A stretch of DNA of 64,000 nt from positions 140 to 64,139 of the forward strand of contig CACOIH010000003.1 in assembly GCA_902627245.1 (NCBI GenBank). Direction: 5' to 3'. The notes under the pieces are model-generated. The model was given only the letters and a program-made list of their open reading frames with translations, searched no databases and was not told the DNA's origin. The position numbers and the translations under genes are program-made. This DNA is from an uncultured Alphaproteobacteria bacterium (GTDB taxonomy: Bacteria > Pseudomonadota > Alphaproteobacteria > HIMB59 > GCA-002718135). Positions 1 through 10,094 of this stretch are shown here, in pieces (positions within the stretch are counted from its first letter, which is position 1; every line of letters starts with the position of its first letter).

Positions 1-1
1 T

Positions 2-1084
2 GATCTTGGAGTGATTAAAAGAGATGAAACTAATGATCAAATTACAATAGATGCAGCTGAAGCAGTTAAAAAGTATGGTGTAGGAATAAAATGTGCAACA
101 ATTACGCCAGATGAAAATCGAGTAGAAGAATTCAAATTAAAAAAAATGTGGCGTTCTCCAAATGGAACAATAAGAAACATACTTGGAGGAACTATATTTA
201 GACAGCCAATTATATGTAAGAATGTTCCAAGAATAATTACGAATTGGAACCAGCCAATTGTAGTTGCTAGACATGCCTTTGGTGATCAATATAGAGCAAC
301 TGACACATTAATAGATAAACCAGGAACACTTAAAATGGTTTTTGAACCTAAAGATGGAACTGAAGGATTTACAAAAGATGTATATGAATTTGAAAAATCT
401 GGTGTAGCTCTATCAATGTACAATTTAGATAATTCAATTAAAGACTTTGCTAGGGCATGTTTTAATTATGGACTTAACCTAGGTTGGCCAGTTTATCTTT
501 CTACTAAAAATACTATTTTAAAAATCTACGATGGAAGATTTAAAGATTTATTTCAGTATGTTTTTGACTCTGAATTTAAAGATAAGTTTAAAGAAAATGA
601 TATAGTTTACGAACACAGATTAATAGATGATATGGTAGCATCAGCATTAAAATGGGAAGGTAATTTTATCTGGGCATGTAAAAATTATGATGGCGATGTT
701 CAATCAGACTCTGTTGCTCAAGGATTTGGATCACTAGGCTTGATGACAAGTGTATTGATGACTCCAGATGGCAAAACAGTAGAAGCTGAAGCTGCACATG
801 GAACTGTTACCAGACATTATAGAAATCATCAGAAAGGTATCGAAACTTCAACTAATCCTATTGCATCAATTTTTGCTTGGACAAGAGGTTTAAGTTTTAG
901 AGGAGAATTTGATGGTAATAATGAATTAATAAATTTTGCTAAAAATTTAGAGAAAACATGTATCAAAACTGTAGAAAATGGTGAAATGACAAAAGATTTA
1001 GCAATATTAATAAACAAAGATCAAAAATGGTTAAACACTCAAGATTTTTTAAGAGCAATAAAAAATAATTTTCAAACTAGCTAA
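2..1084 (+). CDS. icd: NADP-dependent isocitrate dehydrogenase (dimeric eukaryote-like type), 5' end outside window
   Basis: The reading frame is open to the window edge. Motifs [20 protein letters not shown] and [11 protein letters not shown] are typical of NADP-IDH. Confidence 0.9.
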   Translation, partial: DLGVIKRDETNDQITIDAAEAVKKYGVGIKCATITPDENRVEEFKLKKMWRSPNGTIRNILGGTIFRQPIICKNVPRIITNWNQPIVVARHAFGDQYRATDTLIDKPGTLKMVFEPKDGTEGFTKDVYEFEKSGVALSMYNLDNSIKDFARACFNYGLNLGWPVYLSTKNTILKIYDGRFKDLFQYVFDSEFKDKFKENDIVYEHRLIDDMVASALKWEGNFIWACKNYDGDVQSDSVAQGFGSLGLMTSVLMTPDGKTVEAEAAHGTVTRHYRNHQKGIETSTNPIASIFAWTRGLSFRGEFDGNNELINFAKNLEKTCIKTVENGEMTKDLAILINKDQKWLNTQDFLRAIKNNFQTS

Positions 1085-3749
1085 TAGAATTTAGTTTATC
1101 TTCTATGTAATTTATACTTTCACTAATTTGACTAACTTCTGATCCACCTCCTTGAGCTAGGTCTTTTCTTCCACCCCCACCCTTACCACCAAGAATATTT
1201 GAAATTTCTTTTATTTCTTTTGAAGCATCGAAAATATCTGTAATATCGTCTGTAACCCCCAATACTATAGATATTTTATTTTCATTTTTTGAAATTATTA
1301 ATGAAATACTTTTTTTATTGTATTGTTTTTTTTGTTCATCAATAAATGTTTTCAAAGATTTATTTGGATAATCTTCAGCTATTAAATAAATAAAATTTAA
1401 GTCTCTAATTTTTTTTACAACAATATTATCAATATTTTTTGATATAGACATATTTTGTTTTAATTTTTCGTATGTCTGACTTAATTCTTTAATTAATAAA
1501 ACCTTTTCATCAGTTTTATTTTTAAAAATATAATCAGCATTAATTTTTTTAATTTTATTCTTTAAATCTTGAATTTGATAATCTTGGTTTTTATTTTTTT
1601 CTAATATATTGCCTTCTATTTCTTTAATATATTTATCTACTGCAATATTAGATACAGCCTCAATTCTTCTAATTCCAGACGCAACACTAGATTGATTAGT
1701 TATTTTAAATTTACTTATTTCACCTAATCTAACAACATGAGTTCCACCACATAATTCTTTTGAAAAAAATGATTCATTTTCTTGACCCATTGTTACTACT
1801 CTTACTTCATCACTATATTTTTCTCCAAATAATGCCATTGCGCCTTCTTCAATAGCTTTTTTCTGATCGACAACTTTAACTTCAACAAATCCATCTTTTT
1901 GAATTTGATCATTTACAATTTCTTCAATATTTGTGAGTTGATTTTTCTCAATTGGATTATTATGACTGAAATCAAATCTGAGTTTTTCTGAATTTACAAG
2001 TGAGCCCTTCTGTGTAACATGCTTACCTAGTATTTTTCTTAGAGCAGCATGCAACAAATGAGTTGATGAATGATTGTATTTAATAAAGTCTCTATTCTCT
2101 TTATTTATGCTTGCCTTAATGGTATCATTAATTACACATTTACCACTAATTACTTTACCTTTGTGAAGAAAATAGTTGCCAAATATTTTTGTTGTGTTCA
2201 TAACTTCAAACTTAAAGTTATCATTTTCAAAAAAACCCTGATCACCAACCTGACCACCACTTTCTCCGTAAAAAGGTGTTTGATTTAATAATATAATTGC
2301 TTCTTGATCTTTTTTAATTTTATCTACTGATTTACTTTCTAATATTATCGAAATTATATTGCAATCAGCCTCCATATCCGAATATCCTAAAAATTCTGTT
2401 GGCTCTATCTTAGAAGTTATTTCAAACCAAATGCTGTCATCCTGAATGTCTCCTGTACCTTTCCAGCTTTGTCTTGCTCTTTCCTTCTGATCTAACATTT
2501 TTTGTTCAAATGTTTTTGTATCGACTTCAATATTTTTACTTTTCAAATAATCTTGAGTTAAATCTAAGGGAAATCCATAGGTATCATATAATTTAAATGC
2601 TACTTCTCCATTAAATATATTGGTTGAGTTAGAAATCTCCTCATCTAAAATTTTTATACCTTTTTCAACAGTTTCCTTAAATTTTGTTTCTTCATTAATC
2701 AGTGTATTCAAAATGAGATCTTTTGCCCTGTCTAATTCAGGATATGAATTTTTAATTCCATCTAGAAAAATAGGGAATAGTTTGTGAAATACAGGCTCTT
2801 TATTCCCTAAAGAATGTGCATGTCGCATTCCTCTTCTCATTATTCTCCTTAAAACATAACCCCTACCTTCATTTGAAGGCATTACTCCATCAGCAATTAA
2901 AAAAGAAGATGATTTTAAGTGATCTGCAATAACTCTATGACTAGGATTTTTAATTGAACTTTCATTTCCACAAAGTTTTGTTGATTCATTTATAATTGGT
3001 TGAAATAAATCTGTTGAATAATTATCATTAGAACCCTCTAAAAGAGCTGTCATTCTCTCTAATCCCATTCCGGTATCAATAGAAGGTTTTGGAAGATTTA
3101 TTCTTTCAGTTTTAGATAATTGTTCAAATTGCATAAAAACCAAATTCCAAATTTCTATAAATCTATCACCATCTTCGTTAGGAGAACCAGGTGGGCCTCC
3201 TTCGTATTTATCACCATGGTCAAAAAAGATCTCTGAACAAGGTCCGCAAGGGCCAGTTTCACCCATTGACCAAAAATTATCTGAAGTACTAATTTTTATT
3301 ATTTTATCATCAGATAAACCTGCAATTTTTTTCCATAATTTAAATGCCTCATCATCTTCAGAGTAAACAGTAACTAATAATCTATCCCTACTTATAGAAA
3401 ATTCTTTAGTTATTAAATTCCAAGCAAGCTCTATAGCTAAATCTTTAAAATAATCTCCAAATGAAAAATTACCTAACATTTCAAAAAATGTATGGTGTCT
3501 GGCTGTATAACCTACATTTTCTAGATCATTATGTTTACCACCCGCTCTAACACATTTTTGAGCAGTAGTAGCCCTTTTGTATTCTCTTTTTTCCTTACCT
3601 GTAAATATATTCTTGAATTGAACCATACCTGAGTTTGCAAACATCAGTGTAGGATCATTATCTGGAACTAGTGAACTTGAATGAACAATTTCGTGACCAT
3701 TAGTTTTAAAATAATCAAGAAATGTTGATCTAATCTTATTAGAATTCAT
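1077..3749 (-). CDS. alaS: alanine--tRNA ligase
   Basis: 890-aa ORF with an AlaRS N-terminal core ([10 protein letters not shown]), editing-domain HSSTHLLH and CGGTHV motifs, and a C-terminal glycine-rich DHHA1-like tail. It overlaps the icd stop convergently by 8 nt. Confidence 0.97.
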   Translation of the reverse strand: MNSNKIRSTFLDYFKTNGHEIVHSSSLVPDNDPTLMFANSGMVQFKNIFTGKEKREYKRATTAQKCVRAGGKHNDLENVGYTARHHTFFEMLGNFSFGDYFKDLAIELAWNLITKEFSISRDRLLVTVYSEDDEAFKLWKKIAGLSDDKIIKISTSDNFWSMGETGPCGPCSEIFFDHGDKYEGGPPGSPNEDGDRFIEIWNLVFMQFEQLSKTERINLPKPSIDTGMGLERMTALLEGSNDNYSTDLFQPIINESTKLCGNESSIKNPSHRVIADHLKSSSFLIADGVMPSNEGRGYVLRRIMRRGMRHAHSLGNKEPVFHKLFPIFLDGIKNSYPELDRAKDLILNTLINEETKFKETVEKGIKILDEEISNSTNIFNGEVAFKLYDTYGFPLDLTQDYLKSKNIEVDTKTFEQKMLDQKERARQSWKGTGDIQDDSIWFEITSKIEPTEFLGYSDMEADCNIISIILESKSVDKIKKDQEAIILLNQTPFYGESGGQVGDQGFFENDNFKFEVMNTTKIFGNYFLHKGKVISGKCVINDTIKASINKENRDFIKYNHSSTHLLHAALRKILGKHVTQKGSLVNSEKLRFDFSHNNPIEKNQLTNIEEIVNDQIQKDGFVEVKVVDQKKAIEEGAMALFGEKYSDEVRVVTMGQENESFFSKELCGGTHVVRLGEISKFKITNQSSVASGIRRIEAVSNIAVDKYIKEIEGNILEKNKNQDYQIQDLKNKIKKINADYIFKNKTDEKVLLIKELSQTYEKLKQNMSISKNIDNIVVKKIRDLNFIYLIAEDYPNKSLKTFIDEQKKQYNKKSISLIISKNENKISIVLGVTDDITDIFDASKEIKEISNILGGKGGGGRKDLAQGGGSEVSQISESINYIEDKLNSIS

Positions 3750-3783
3750 GAAAAGTTAATATAACCTGAAATCTATATTGTCT

Positions 3784-3818
3784 AAATAAAAAAGGCGCCA
3801 TTAAACAAAATGACGCCT
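3784..3818 (-). terminator. rho-independent terminator downstream of recA
   Basis: On the minus strand, AGGCGTCAT-loop-ATGGCGCCT (9-bp stem, 1 mismatch) is followed by TTTTTTATTT. It lies between the recA stop (3840) and the alaS start (3749). Confidence 0.6.
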
Positions 3819-3839
3819 ATGAATATGATAATTAAAAAA

Positions 3840-4940
3840 TTATTCTTTAATTTCTTCTTTTGCCTTATCTTCTTTTTTCTCAATCTTTCCTTCCATCATA
3901 GCTTTTTCAACTATTCCAGCATTTTGAAGGATTTGATTTTCGATTTCCTTAGCTATTGAAGGGTTATCATTTAGGTAAGATTTAACATTTTCTCTACCCT
4001 GACCTATTTTAGTCTCTTTATAAGAAAACCATGATCCAGATTTATCAATTATTTCTGCTTTGACTCCAAGGTCAACAAGTTCACCTAGTTTAGATATACC
4101 TTCTCCATACATAATATCGAATTCAACTACTTTAAAAGGCGGTGCAACTTTGTTTTTAACAATTTTTACCCTCGTCTGATTTCCAATAATTTCATCTTTA
4201 TCTTTAATAGCGCCAATTCTTCTAATATCCATTCTAACAGATGAATAAAATTTTAATGCATTACCACCTGTGGTTGTCTCAGGACTTCCAAACATTACTC
4301 CTATTTTCATTCTTAATTGATTAATAAATACTACAAGAGTGTTTGATTGAGATATTGAGCTTGTTAATTTTCTTAAAGCCTGACTCATTAATCTTGCTTG
4401 TAAACCAGGTAATGAATCCCCCATATCTCCTTCAAGCTCTGCTCTAGGCACAAGAGCTGCAACAGAGTCAATAATTAATACATCAATACCACCAGATTTG
4501 ATTAAAGAATCCGCTATTTCTAATCCTTGCTCACCTGTGTCGGGTTGTGAAATTAGTAGCTCTTCTAGGTTTACTCCTAGTTTTTTTGCATATGCTGGAT
4601 CTAGTGCATGTTCTGCATCAATAAAAGCACAGTTTCCACCTTTTTTTTGTGATTCTGCAACAATATGAGTAGCCAGAGTTGTTTTACCAGAGCTTTCAGG
4701 TCCATATATTTCAATAATTCGACCTTTAGGAACCCCTCCAATACCTAATGCTATATCTAAACCTAATGATCCTGTTGATATAGCTTCAATATCTACGTTA
4801 GTTTTTGAGCCTAATTTCATTATTGAACCTTTTCCGTAATTTTTTTCAATTAGGCTTACTGCGGCTTCTAAAGACTTACTTCTATTTTCTTTATCCATTG
4901 AATTCTCGTTATTTACTACTTTTAGTTTAGCTTGAGACAT
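3840..4940 (-). CDS. recA: recombinase RecA
   Basis: 366 aa with Walker [10 protein letters not shown] and RecA-wide conserved blocks ([46 protein letters not shown]). Confidence 0.98.
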   Translation of the reverse strand: MSQAKLKVVNNENSMDKENRSKSLEAAVSLIEKNYGKGSIMKLGSKTNVDIEAISTGSLGLDIALGIGGVPKGRIIEIYGPESSGKTTLATHIVAESQKKGGNCAFIDAEHALDPAYAKKLGVNLEELLISQPDTGEQGLEIADSLIKSGGIDVLIIDSVAALVPRAELEGDMGDSLPGLQARLMSQALRKLTSSISQSNTLVVFINQLRMKIGVMFGSPETTTGGNALKFYSSVRMDIRRIGAIKDKDEIIGNQTRVKIVKNKVAPPFKVVEFDIMYGEGISKLGELVDLGVKAEIIDKSGSWFSYKETKIGQGRENVKSYLNDNPSIAKEIENQILQNAGIVEKAMMEGKIEKKEDKAKEEIKE

Positions 4941-5025
4941 CTCATTACTCCATTAATTTCCTAAGTTTTTATTAAGATTCTTGCAAATCATGTTTTCTTG
5001 TACATGTTTTGTTCTCATTTTAAAA

Positions 5026-5040
5026 GTTCTATTTTTGTTC
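5026..5040 (-). promoter_or_regulatory. candidate alphaproteobacterial SOS (LexA) box, GAAC-N7-GAAC as read on the recA strand
   Basis: GTTCTATTTTTGTTC lies 86-100 nt upstream of the recA start. A third GTTC sits at 5011-5014. Confidence 0.3.
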
Positions 5041-5156
5041 TTTTTAAATAAAATTGATAAATTACTGAAATATAATACTATTTTTAATATAAGATATTTT
5101 TAATATTACTTGAATAAATATTATCTTTTGATAAATCACCGTCTTTTTAAGAATCT

Positions 5157-5564
5157 ATGACTAAAATACCTAAAAATTATAAGCCCACACAAAAAGAAAA
5201 ATTTATGAACGCTAAAATGAGAGAGTATTTTAAATTAAAGCTTATAAATTGGAAAAGTGAACTTTTAAAAGAATCTTCACAAACCCTTAATAATCTTCAA
5301 AATGAAAATGAGGCTAAGCCAGATATAACTGACAGAGCATCTGAAGAAATAGATAGGTCATTTGAGCTTAGAACCAGAGATAGGGAGAGAAAACTAATTA
5401 ATAAAATAGATGCAGCGCTTCAGAGAATTGAAGATGGTTCTTACGGCTATTGTGATGAAACTGGTGAGCCAATAAGTATTAAAAGATTAGAGGCAAGACC
5501 AGTTGCTACACTAAGTCTAGAGGCTCAAGAAATGCATGAAAAAGCAGAAAAAAGAATTAACTAA
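5157..5564 (+). CDS. dksA: RNA polymerase-binding transcription factor DksA (cysteine-poor variant)
   Basis: Coiled-coil tip motif DITDRA (DxxDxA) and a C-terminal YGYCDETGEPISIKRLEARP block. Only one of the four canonical zinc-finger Cys residues is present. Confidence 0.85.
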   Translation: MTKIPKNYKPTQKEKFMNAKMREYFKLKLINWKSELLKESSQTLNNLQNENEAKPDITDRASEEIDRSFELRTRDRERKLINKIDAALQRIEDGSYGYCDETGEPISIKRLEARPVATLSLEAQEMHEKAEKRIN

Positions 5565-5576
5565 TCATATATTTAA

Positions 5577-5774
5577 ATGTCGGAATTTTATTTTGGCGAT
5601 CTCACTCCAGGTACATTTGTTATAAATGTAATTAAAGAAAAAGAATGGGGAATTGGTCAGGTTCAATCATCAATAAATAATAAAATTACTATTAATTTTG
5701 AAAATGTTGGAAAAAAAACTATAAACCCTAGAGAAGTTGAATTAAAAATAATAAAAATTAATGAAACTAATTGA
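5577..5774 (+). CDS. small conserved protein, DUF3553-like
   Basis: 65 aa. The PGTFV...WGIGQVQSS...ITINFENVGKK pattern resembles the alphaproteobacterial DUF3553 family. It overlaps the moaA start by 14 nt. Confidence 0.45.
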   Translation: MSEFYFGDLTPGTFVINVIKEKEWGIGQVQSSINNKITINFENVGKKTINPREVELKIIKINETN

Positions 5775-6753
5775 TCAATATCTAAGAAAAGTTAACTATC
5801 TCCGTGTATCTGTAACCGATAGATGTGATTTAAGGTGTGTGTATTGCATGAAAGAAAAAATGCAATTTTTACCAAGAAAAGATATTTTAACATTAGAGGA
5901 AATTGAGAGACTTTGTGATAATTTTATAGATTTGGGTGTTGAGAAAATAAGACTCACTGGCGGTGAACCATTAGTTAGAAAAGATATAATTAAACTAATA
6001 GAAAGATTGAATTATAAAAAATATAATACAAATTTAAAAGAAATTACCATTACAACAAATGGAACCTTATTAAAAAAATATGCAAATCAATTGCGCAAGA
6101 ATGGAATTGAAAGAATAAATGTTTCGTTAGATACTATTAATCCGGAGAAATATAATAAAATAACAAGATTTGGAAACATTGAAAAAGTTTTTGATGGTAT
6201 AAATGAGTCTTTGAACGAAGGTATTAAGATCAAAATAAATACTGTCGTAATTAAAGATTTTAATGAAAATGAAATTGAAGAATTAATCAACTGGACTGAT
6301 TCTAAAAAAATTGATTTAACTTTTATTGAAGTTATGCCAATGGAAGAAACAGATATATCAAGAGAATATCAATTCACATCTTTGACTGACATATTTGAAA
6401 ATCTTAATAAAAAATATAATTTTAGGCAAAGTACTCATAACACAGGCGGGCCTGCAAGGTATTATGTAAGTGATAGTTTGTCTTCAAATATAGGTTTCAT
6501 TAGCCCATTAACAAATAATTTTTGTGCTACTTGTAATAGAGTAAGAATATCTAGTACCGGAAAGCTATTTATGTGTCTTGGTCAGAATGATTACGTAGAT
6601 TTTATGGATATTATGAGAAAAGACTTTAGTGATAATTATATTAAAGAAAAAATAAAATTTGCCCTGAATATTAAACCTAAAAATCACGATTTCATGATTG
6701 ATTCTAAAATTAATAAATATATGAAAAGACATATGAATGTAACAGGTGGATAA
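5761..6753 (+). CDS. moaA: GTP 3',8-cyclase (molybdenum cofactor biosynthesis protein A), radical SAM
   Basis: N-terminal radical-SAM CDLRCVYC cluster, C-terminal CATCNRVRISSTGKLFMCL cluster and a terminal Gly-Gly. Confidence 0.9.
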   Translation: MKLIDQYLRKVNYLRVSVTDRCDLRCVYCMKEKMQFLPRKDILTLEEIERLCDNFIDLGVEKIRLTGGEPLVRKDIIKLIERLNYKKYNTNLKEITITTNGTLLKKYANQLRKNGIERINVSLDTINPEKYNKITRFGNIEKVFDGINESLNEGIKIKINTVVIKDFNENEIEELINWTDSKKIDLTFIEVMPMEETDISREYQFTSLTDIFENLNKKYNFRQSTHNTGGPARYYVSDSLSSNIGFISPLTNNFCATCNRVRISSTGKLFMCLGQNDYVDFMDIMRKDFSDNYIKEKIKFALNIKPKNHDFMIDSKINKYMKRHMNVTGG

Positions 6754-7511
6754 TGAAATTCCATTTTTTATCATCTAATAATATTGAAGCAAAGAAAGCC
6801 GAAATAAAGTTTACAAAAATCTATGGTCAAAATCCTGTTGAAGATTCAGATTATATTGTGCCTATAGGAGGAGATGGCTTACTACTAAAATCATTACACA
6901 ATTTAAACAATTTAAAAAAGCCATTTTTTGGAATTAATTTTGGTTCAATAGGTTTTTTAATGAATAATATAATAGATCAAGATTTAAACGAAACTATATA
7001 CAATGCAAAAAGATCTGACTTTAAACCACTTAAGATGACAGCTGTAAGTATTGAAAAGAAAATATTTAAAGCATTTGCATATAATGAAGTTTCACTTATG
7101 AGGCAAACACATTTAGCATCAAAAGTAAAAATTAAAATTAATGACGAAATAAAAATGAAAGAATTAATTTGTGATGGTGTATTAGTATCGACTTCAGCTG
7201 GAAGTACTGCATATAATTTATCAGCGCATGGAAGTATATTACCTTTGGATTCAAATATTTTAGCATTAACACCAATAAGTGCTTTTAGACCTAGAAGATG
7301 GAGAGGTGCTTTGCTCTCTGAAACAAACAAAATTGAATTTAATGTTTTAGATAAAAAAGACAGATCTTCTAGTGTAACTGCAGATAATGTAGAATTTAGG
7401 AATATTGACACAGTTAATATTGAATCATCAAACGAAAATAAATGCACAGTGCTATTTGATAGCAAACACTCGATTGAGGATAAGATATTAAATGAACAAT
7501 TTAATTTTTAA
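6753..7511 (+). CDS. nadK: NAD kinase
   Basis: GGDGLLL motif and the TSAGSTAYNLSAHG block. Its start shares 1 nt with the moaA stop. Confidence 0.85.
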   Translation: MKFHFLSSNNIEAKKAEIKFTKIYGQNPVEDSDYIVPIGGDGLLLKSLHNLNNLKKPFFGINFGSIGFLMNNIIDQDLNETIYNAKRSDFKPLKMTAVSIEKKIFKAFAYNEVSLMRQTHLASKVKIKINDEIKMKELICDGVLVSTSAGSTAYNLSAHGSILPLDSNILALTPISAFRPRRWRGALLSETNKIEFNVLDKKDRSSSVTADNVEFRNIDTVNIESSNENKCTVLFDSKHSIEDKILNEQFNF

Positions 7512-7517
7512 ATAAAA

Positions 7518-7892
7518 TTATATTTTTTTAAATACACATATTTTATTTCCATCTGGATCTCTTATATATGCGTAGTAATCTTTGCCATGTCTTGGTCCTG
7601 GAACACCTTCACTCTTAGCTCCAAGCTTAATTCCAATTTTGTAAAAATCTTCTACTACTTTTCTTGATTTAGCAATAAAAGTAACCATTGTACCATTTCC
7701 TACGGTTGCTCTTTTTTTGTTATGTGGTTTAATCAAATAAAGTTCAATTTTGTTAGGTGATATATTTCTAGAATAACCAAAATATCGATTATGTGTCAAA
7801 GTTCTTTGTATTTTTAGAGGCTTTAGAACTTTATCATAGAAGCTTCCAGCTCTTTTAAGATTGTTTGTGCCAATAGTTATAAAAGAAAACAT
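7518..7892 (-). CDS. VOC (glyoxalase/bleomycin-resistance/dioxygenase) family protein
   Basis: 124 aa with an N-terminal ITIGTNNL...FYDKVL pattern and a C-terminal YYAYIRDPDGNKI pattern typical of VOC-fold proteins. Confidence 0.65.
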   Translation of the reverse strand: MFSFITIGTNNLKRAGSFYDKVLKPLKIQRTLTHNRYFGYSRNISPNKIELYLIKPHNKKRATVGNGTMVTFIAKSRKVVEDFYKIGIKLGAKSEGVPGPRHGKDYYAYIRDPDGNKICVFKKI

Positions 7893-7941
7893 AATATGAA
7901 TAATAACTTAATCATTTAGTTATTAAAGTCATATTTCTCGG

Positions 7942-8026
7942 TGGTAGCCTCGGCCGGACTTGAACCGGCACTCCCAAAAGGGCAAGGATTTTAAGTCCTT
8001 TGTGTCTACCATTCCACCACGAGGCC
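7942..8026 (-). tRNA. tRNA-Leu (anticodon UAA), type II with long variable arm, CCA encoded
   Basis: Folded by hand. Acceptor GGCCTCG/CGAGGCT (G1-U72). D arm GTG-GAATGGTAGA-CAC. Anticodon arm AAGGA-CTTAAAA-TCCTT. Variable arm CCC-TTTT-GGG. T arm GCCGG-TTCAAGT-CCGGC. Ends in ACCA. Confidence 0.9.
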
Positions 8027-8334
8027 AATTAGTTTTTCAGAAGGATTTCTATTATATTTCTTCACATTCTGAAAGTACTTTAACATAAGTTGCATTAAAT
8101 TGGATAGTTAAAATTGCAACAAAAATTAAGTGTTAAAGATTTTTTTCTATATACCTAGGGAATTTAAATAAATGAAGCGTTCTGTTGACTAAAGCAAAAC
8201 CCTTGCTACATGAAACATGGGCTAATAGAGGCTAATCATGTATAGAGATCAATAATGAAATTTTTTAGTGTGGTAGCTAAAACTTTTCTGAAATATGTTA
8301 GTTTTAATGTGATAAGTAGTAAAATAAAATATAA

Positions 8335-9063
8335 ATGAATAATACAACAAAAGAAAATCTTATATCTATTTTTTGTTACAACGTAGATAAATTTATATAT
8401 TTGTTATTAAAAAAAGTTCACTTATCAAATCATAAGAATACATCTGTAATATTAATCAATGATTTTTCTACAGATGATACACTTAATGAAATAAAAAAAT
8501 TTATTGAAAAATATAAAACTGAAAATATTGAAATAATTAACAATAAAAAAAATATGGGCTATGGATTCAATTATAAATTATCATTTAAGTATGCAATAAA
8601 GTATAATTTTAAAAAAATTATATTTCTTCATGGTGATGGACAATATCCTCCTGATCAAATTAAAAAAATGTCGCTATTATTAGATAAAAATACTCTTGTT
8701 TATGGATCTAGATTTTTAAATTTTTCTTCGGTTAGAGAAAACATGCCAACAATTAGGTATTTTGCTAATAGATGTTTAACTATCTTTATTAATTTTATTT
8801 TCAGAAAAAAACTTACTGAGTATTTTAGTGGTTTTAGAGGATATTTTATTTCAGATATTAATAAAATGAATTTTGACAATCTTAGTGATAAATGGATTTT
8901 TGAGCAACAATTACAATTTAGAATAATGAATAAGAATTTAAAAATAAAAGAATTTCCAATTCAAACAGTTTACGAAAATCAAGTTTCTAATATACCACCA
9001 GTACGATATTGTATTGATGTAATAATAAATGCAATAAATTTTGCTTTTATTAATAAAAACTAA
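8335..9063 (+). CDS. family 2 glycosyltransferase (polyprenyl-phosphate glycosyltransferase-like)
   Basis: The N-terminal ISIFCYN...ILINDFSTDDT (DxD-type) and FLHGDGQYPP blocks resemble Dpm1/ArnC/GtrB-type GT2 enzymes. Confidence 0.7.
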   Translation: MNNTTKENLISIFCYNVDKFIYLLLKKVHLSNHKNTSVILINDFSTDDTLNEIKKFIEKYKTENIEIINNKKNMGYGFNYKLSFKYAIKYNFKKIIFLHGDGQYPPDQIKKMSLLLDKNTLVYGSRFLNFSSVRENMPTIRYFANRCLTIFINFIFRKKLTEYFSGFRGYFISDINKMNFDNLSDKWIFEQQLQFRIMNKNLKIKEFPIQTVYENQVSNIPPVRYCIDVIINAINFAFINKN

Positions 9064-10094
9064 AAATTGTTCTCTGCATATTTTTTGAACAAAATTAATC
9101 CTTCTTTAAGTGATATTTTCGGTTTATATGAAAATTCATTTTTTATTCTTCGAATATTTGGACATCTTCTTAAAGGTTCACTTGAAGGATAATCTTTTGG
9201 GTAATTTATATTTTTAATTTTAAATTTTTTTTCATTAAAAGTGTTAGCAATTTTATTTGCTAAATTATTTACACTTATCTCTCCAGTATCGTTTCCTACA
9301 TTATAAACAAAATATTTTCCAAAAAAACAGATTTTTATAATGATAGGTATTGCATCAATGATATTACAATATGTCCTTGTTTGGTTGCCATCGCCATACA
9401 CATTCATAGTTTTATATTTTATATAATCATAAAAAAATTGTGGGATAACTCTTTTATCAATTTTTGACATTCCATTACCATAAAAATTAAATGGTCTTAT
9501 TATTTTTGTATCTAGTGAATAAAAATTTTTATAAATATAAGTGTAAGTCTCACCAGATCTTTTGCTTTCATCATAGCAAGATCTATCTGAAATACTAGAT
9601 ACTCTTCCTTCATAATCTTCTGAAGTAGGGATATTTTTTTTATCAGGGTTTCCATAAATTTCACTAGAACTAAAATATATAAATTTTGCTTTTTTAATTC
9701 TTGCAAAATCCAATAAAATTTTACAAAGATCTGAATTTAAAAAATATGTTTCTAATGGGTATTTCTTGTAATATTTATGAGAGGGAATTCCAGCTAGATG
9801 AATAATTAAATCTATTTTTTTATTGAGATTAAAATTTCTTACTTTAGTTAAATCAGTTTTAGTAAATATAAAATTTTTTGTATCAATTAATTTTTTATCA
9901 AGTTTAGGTGCTATAATATCATAACCATAAATATTAAAAAAACCTTTAAATTTTTTCGCTAATAAAGCAGCAACCAAATAACTTCCAATCATTCCTCCAC
10001 ATCCAGTTATTAAAATATTTTTTATTTTATTTTGTTTTAGAATTTTTTGATTTACAGATTCGATTATTTTATTATAGGTTAATTGATCTATCAT
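9060..10094 (-). CDS. NAD-dependent NDP-sugar epimerase/dehydratase (extended SDR)
   Basis: Rossmann motif ILITGCGGMIGSY, then SSSEIYG and YDESKR (YxxxK) catalytic motifs. Confidence 0.8.
   Translation of the reverse strand: MIDQLTYNKIIESVNQKILKQNKIKNILITGCGGMIGSYLVAALLAKKFKGFFNIYGYDIIAPKLDKKLIDTKNFIFTKTDLTKVRNFNLNKKIDLIIHLAGIPSHKYYKKYPLETYFLNSDLCKILLDFARIKKAKFIYFSSSEIYGNPDKKNIPTSEDYEGRVSSISDRSCYDESKRSGETYTYIYKNFYSLDTKIIRPFNFYGNGMSKIDKRVIPQFFYDYIKYKTMNVYGDGNQTRTYCNIIDAIPIIIKICFFGKYFVYNVGNDTGEISVNNLANKIANTFNEKKFKIKNINYPKDYPSSEPLRRCPNIRRIKNEFSYKPKISLKEGLILFKKYAENNF

Noticed and set aside
6977-7465. 162-aa ORF antisense to nadK. Similar long antisense or out-of-frame ORFs occur at 25977-26423, 40913-41281, 36068-36373, 49230-49556, 51517-51819, 52959-53207 and 15065-15343.
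   Set aside because: Each lies entirely inside a well-supported gene on the opposite strand. They have low-complexity Ser/Leu/Ile-rich translations and no recognisable motifs, so they are shadow ORFs.
8265-8285. The string gtggtagc resembles the 3' end of tRNA-Leu (7941-7948), suggesting a second att-like repeat.
   Set aside because: Only 8 nt match, with no extension on either side. That is expected by chance.
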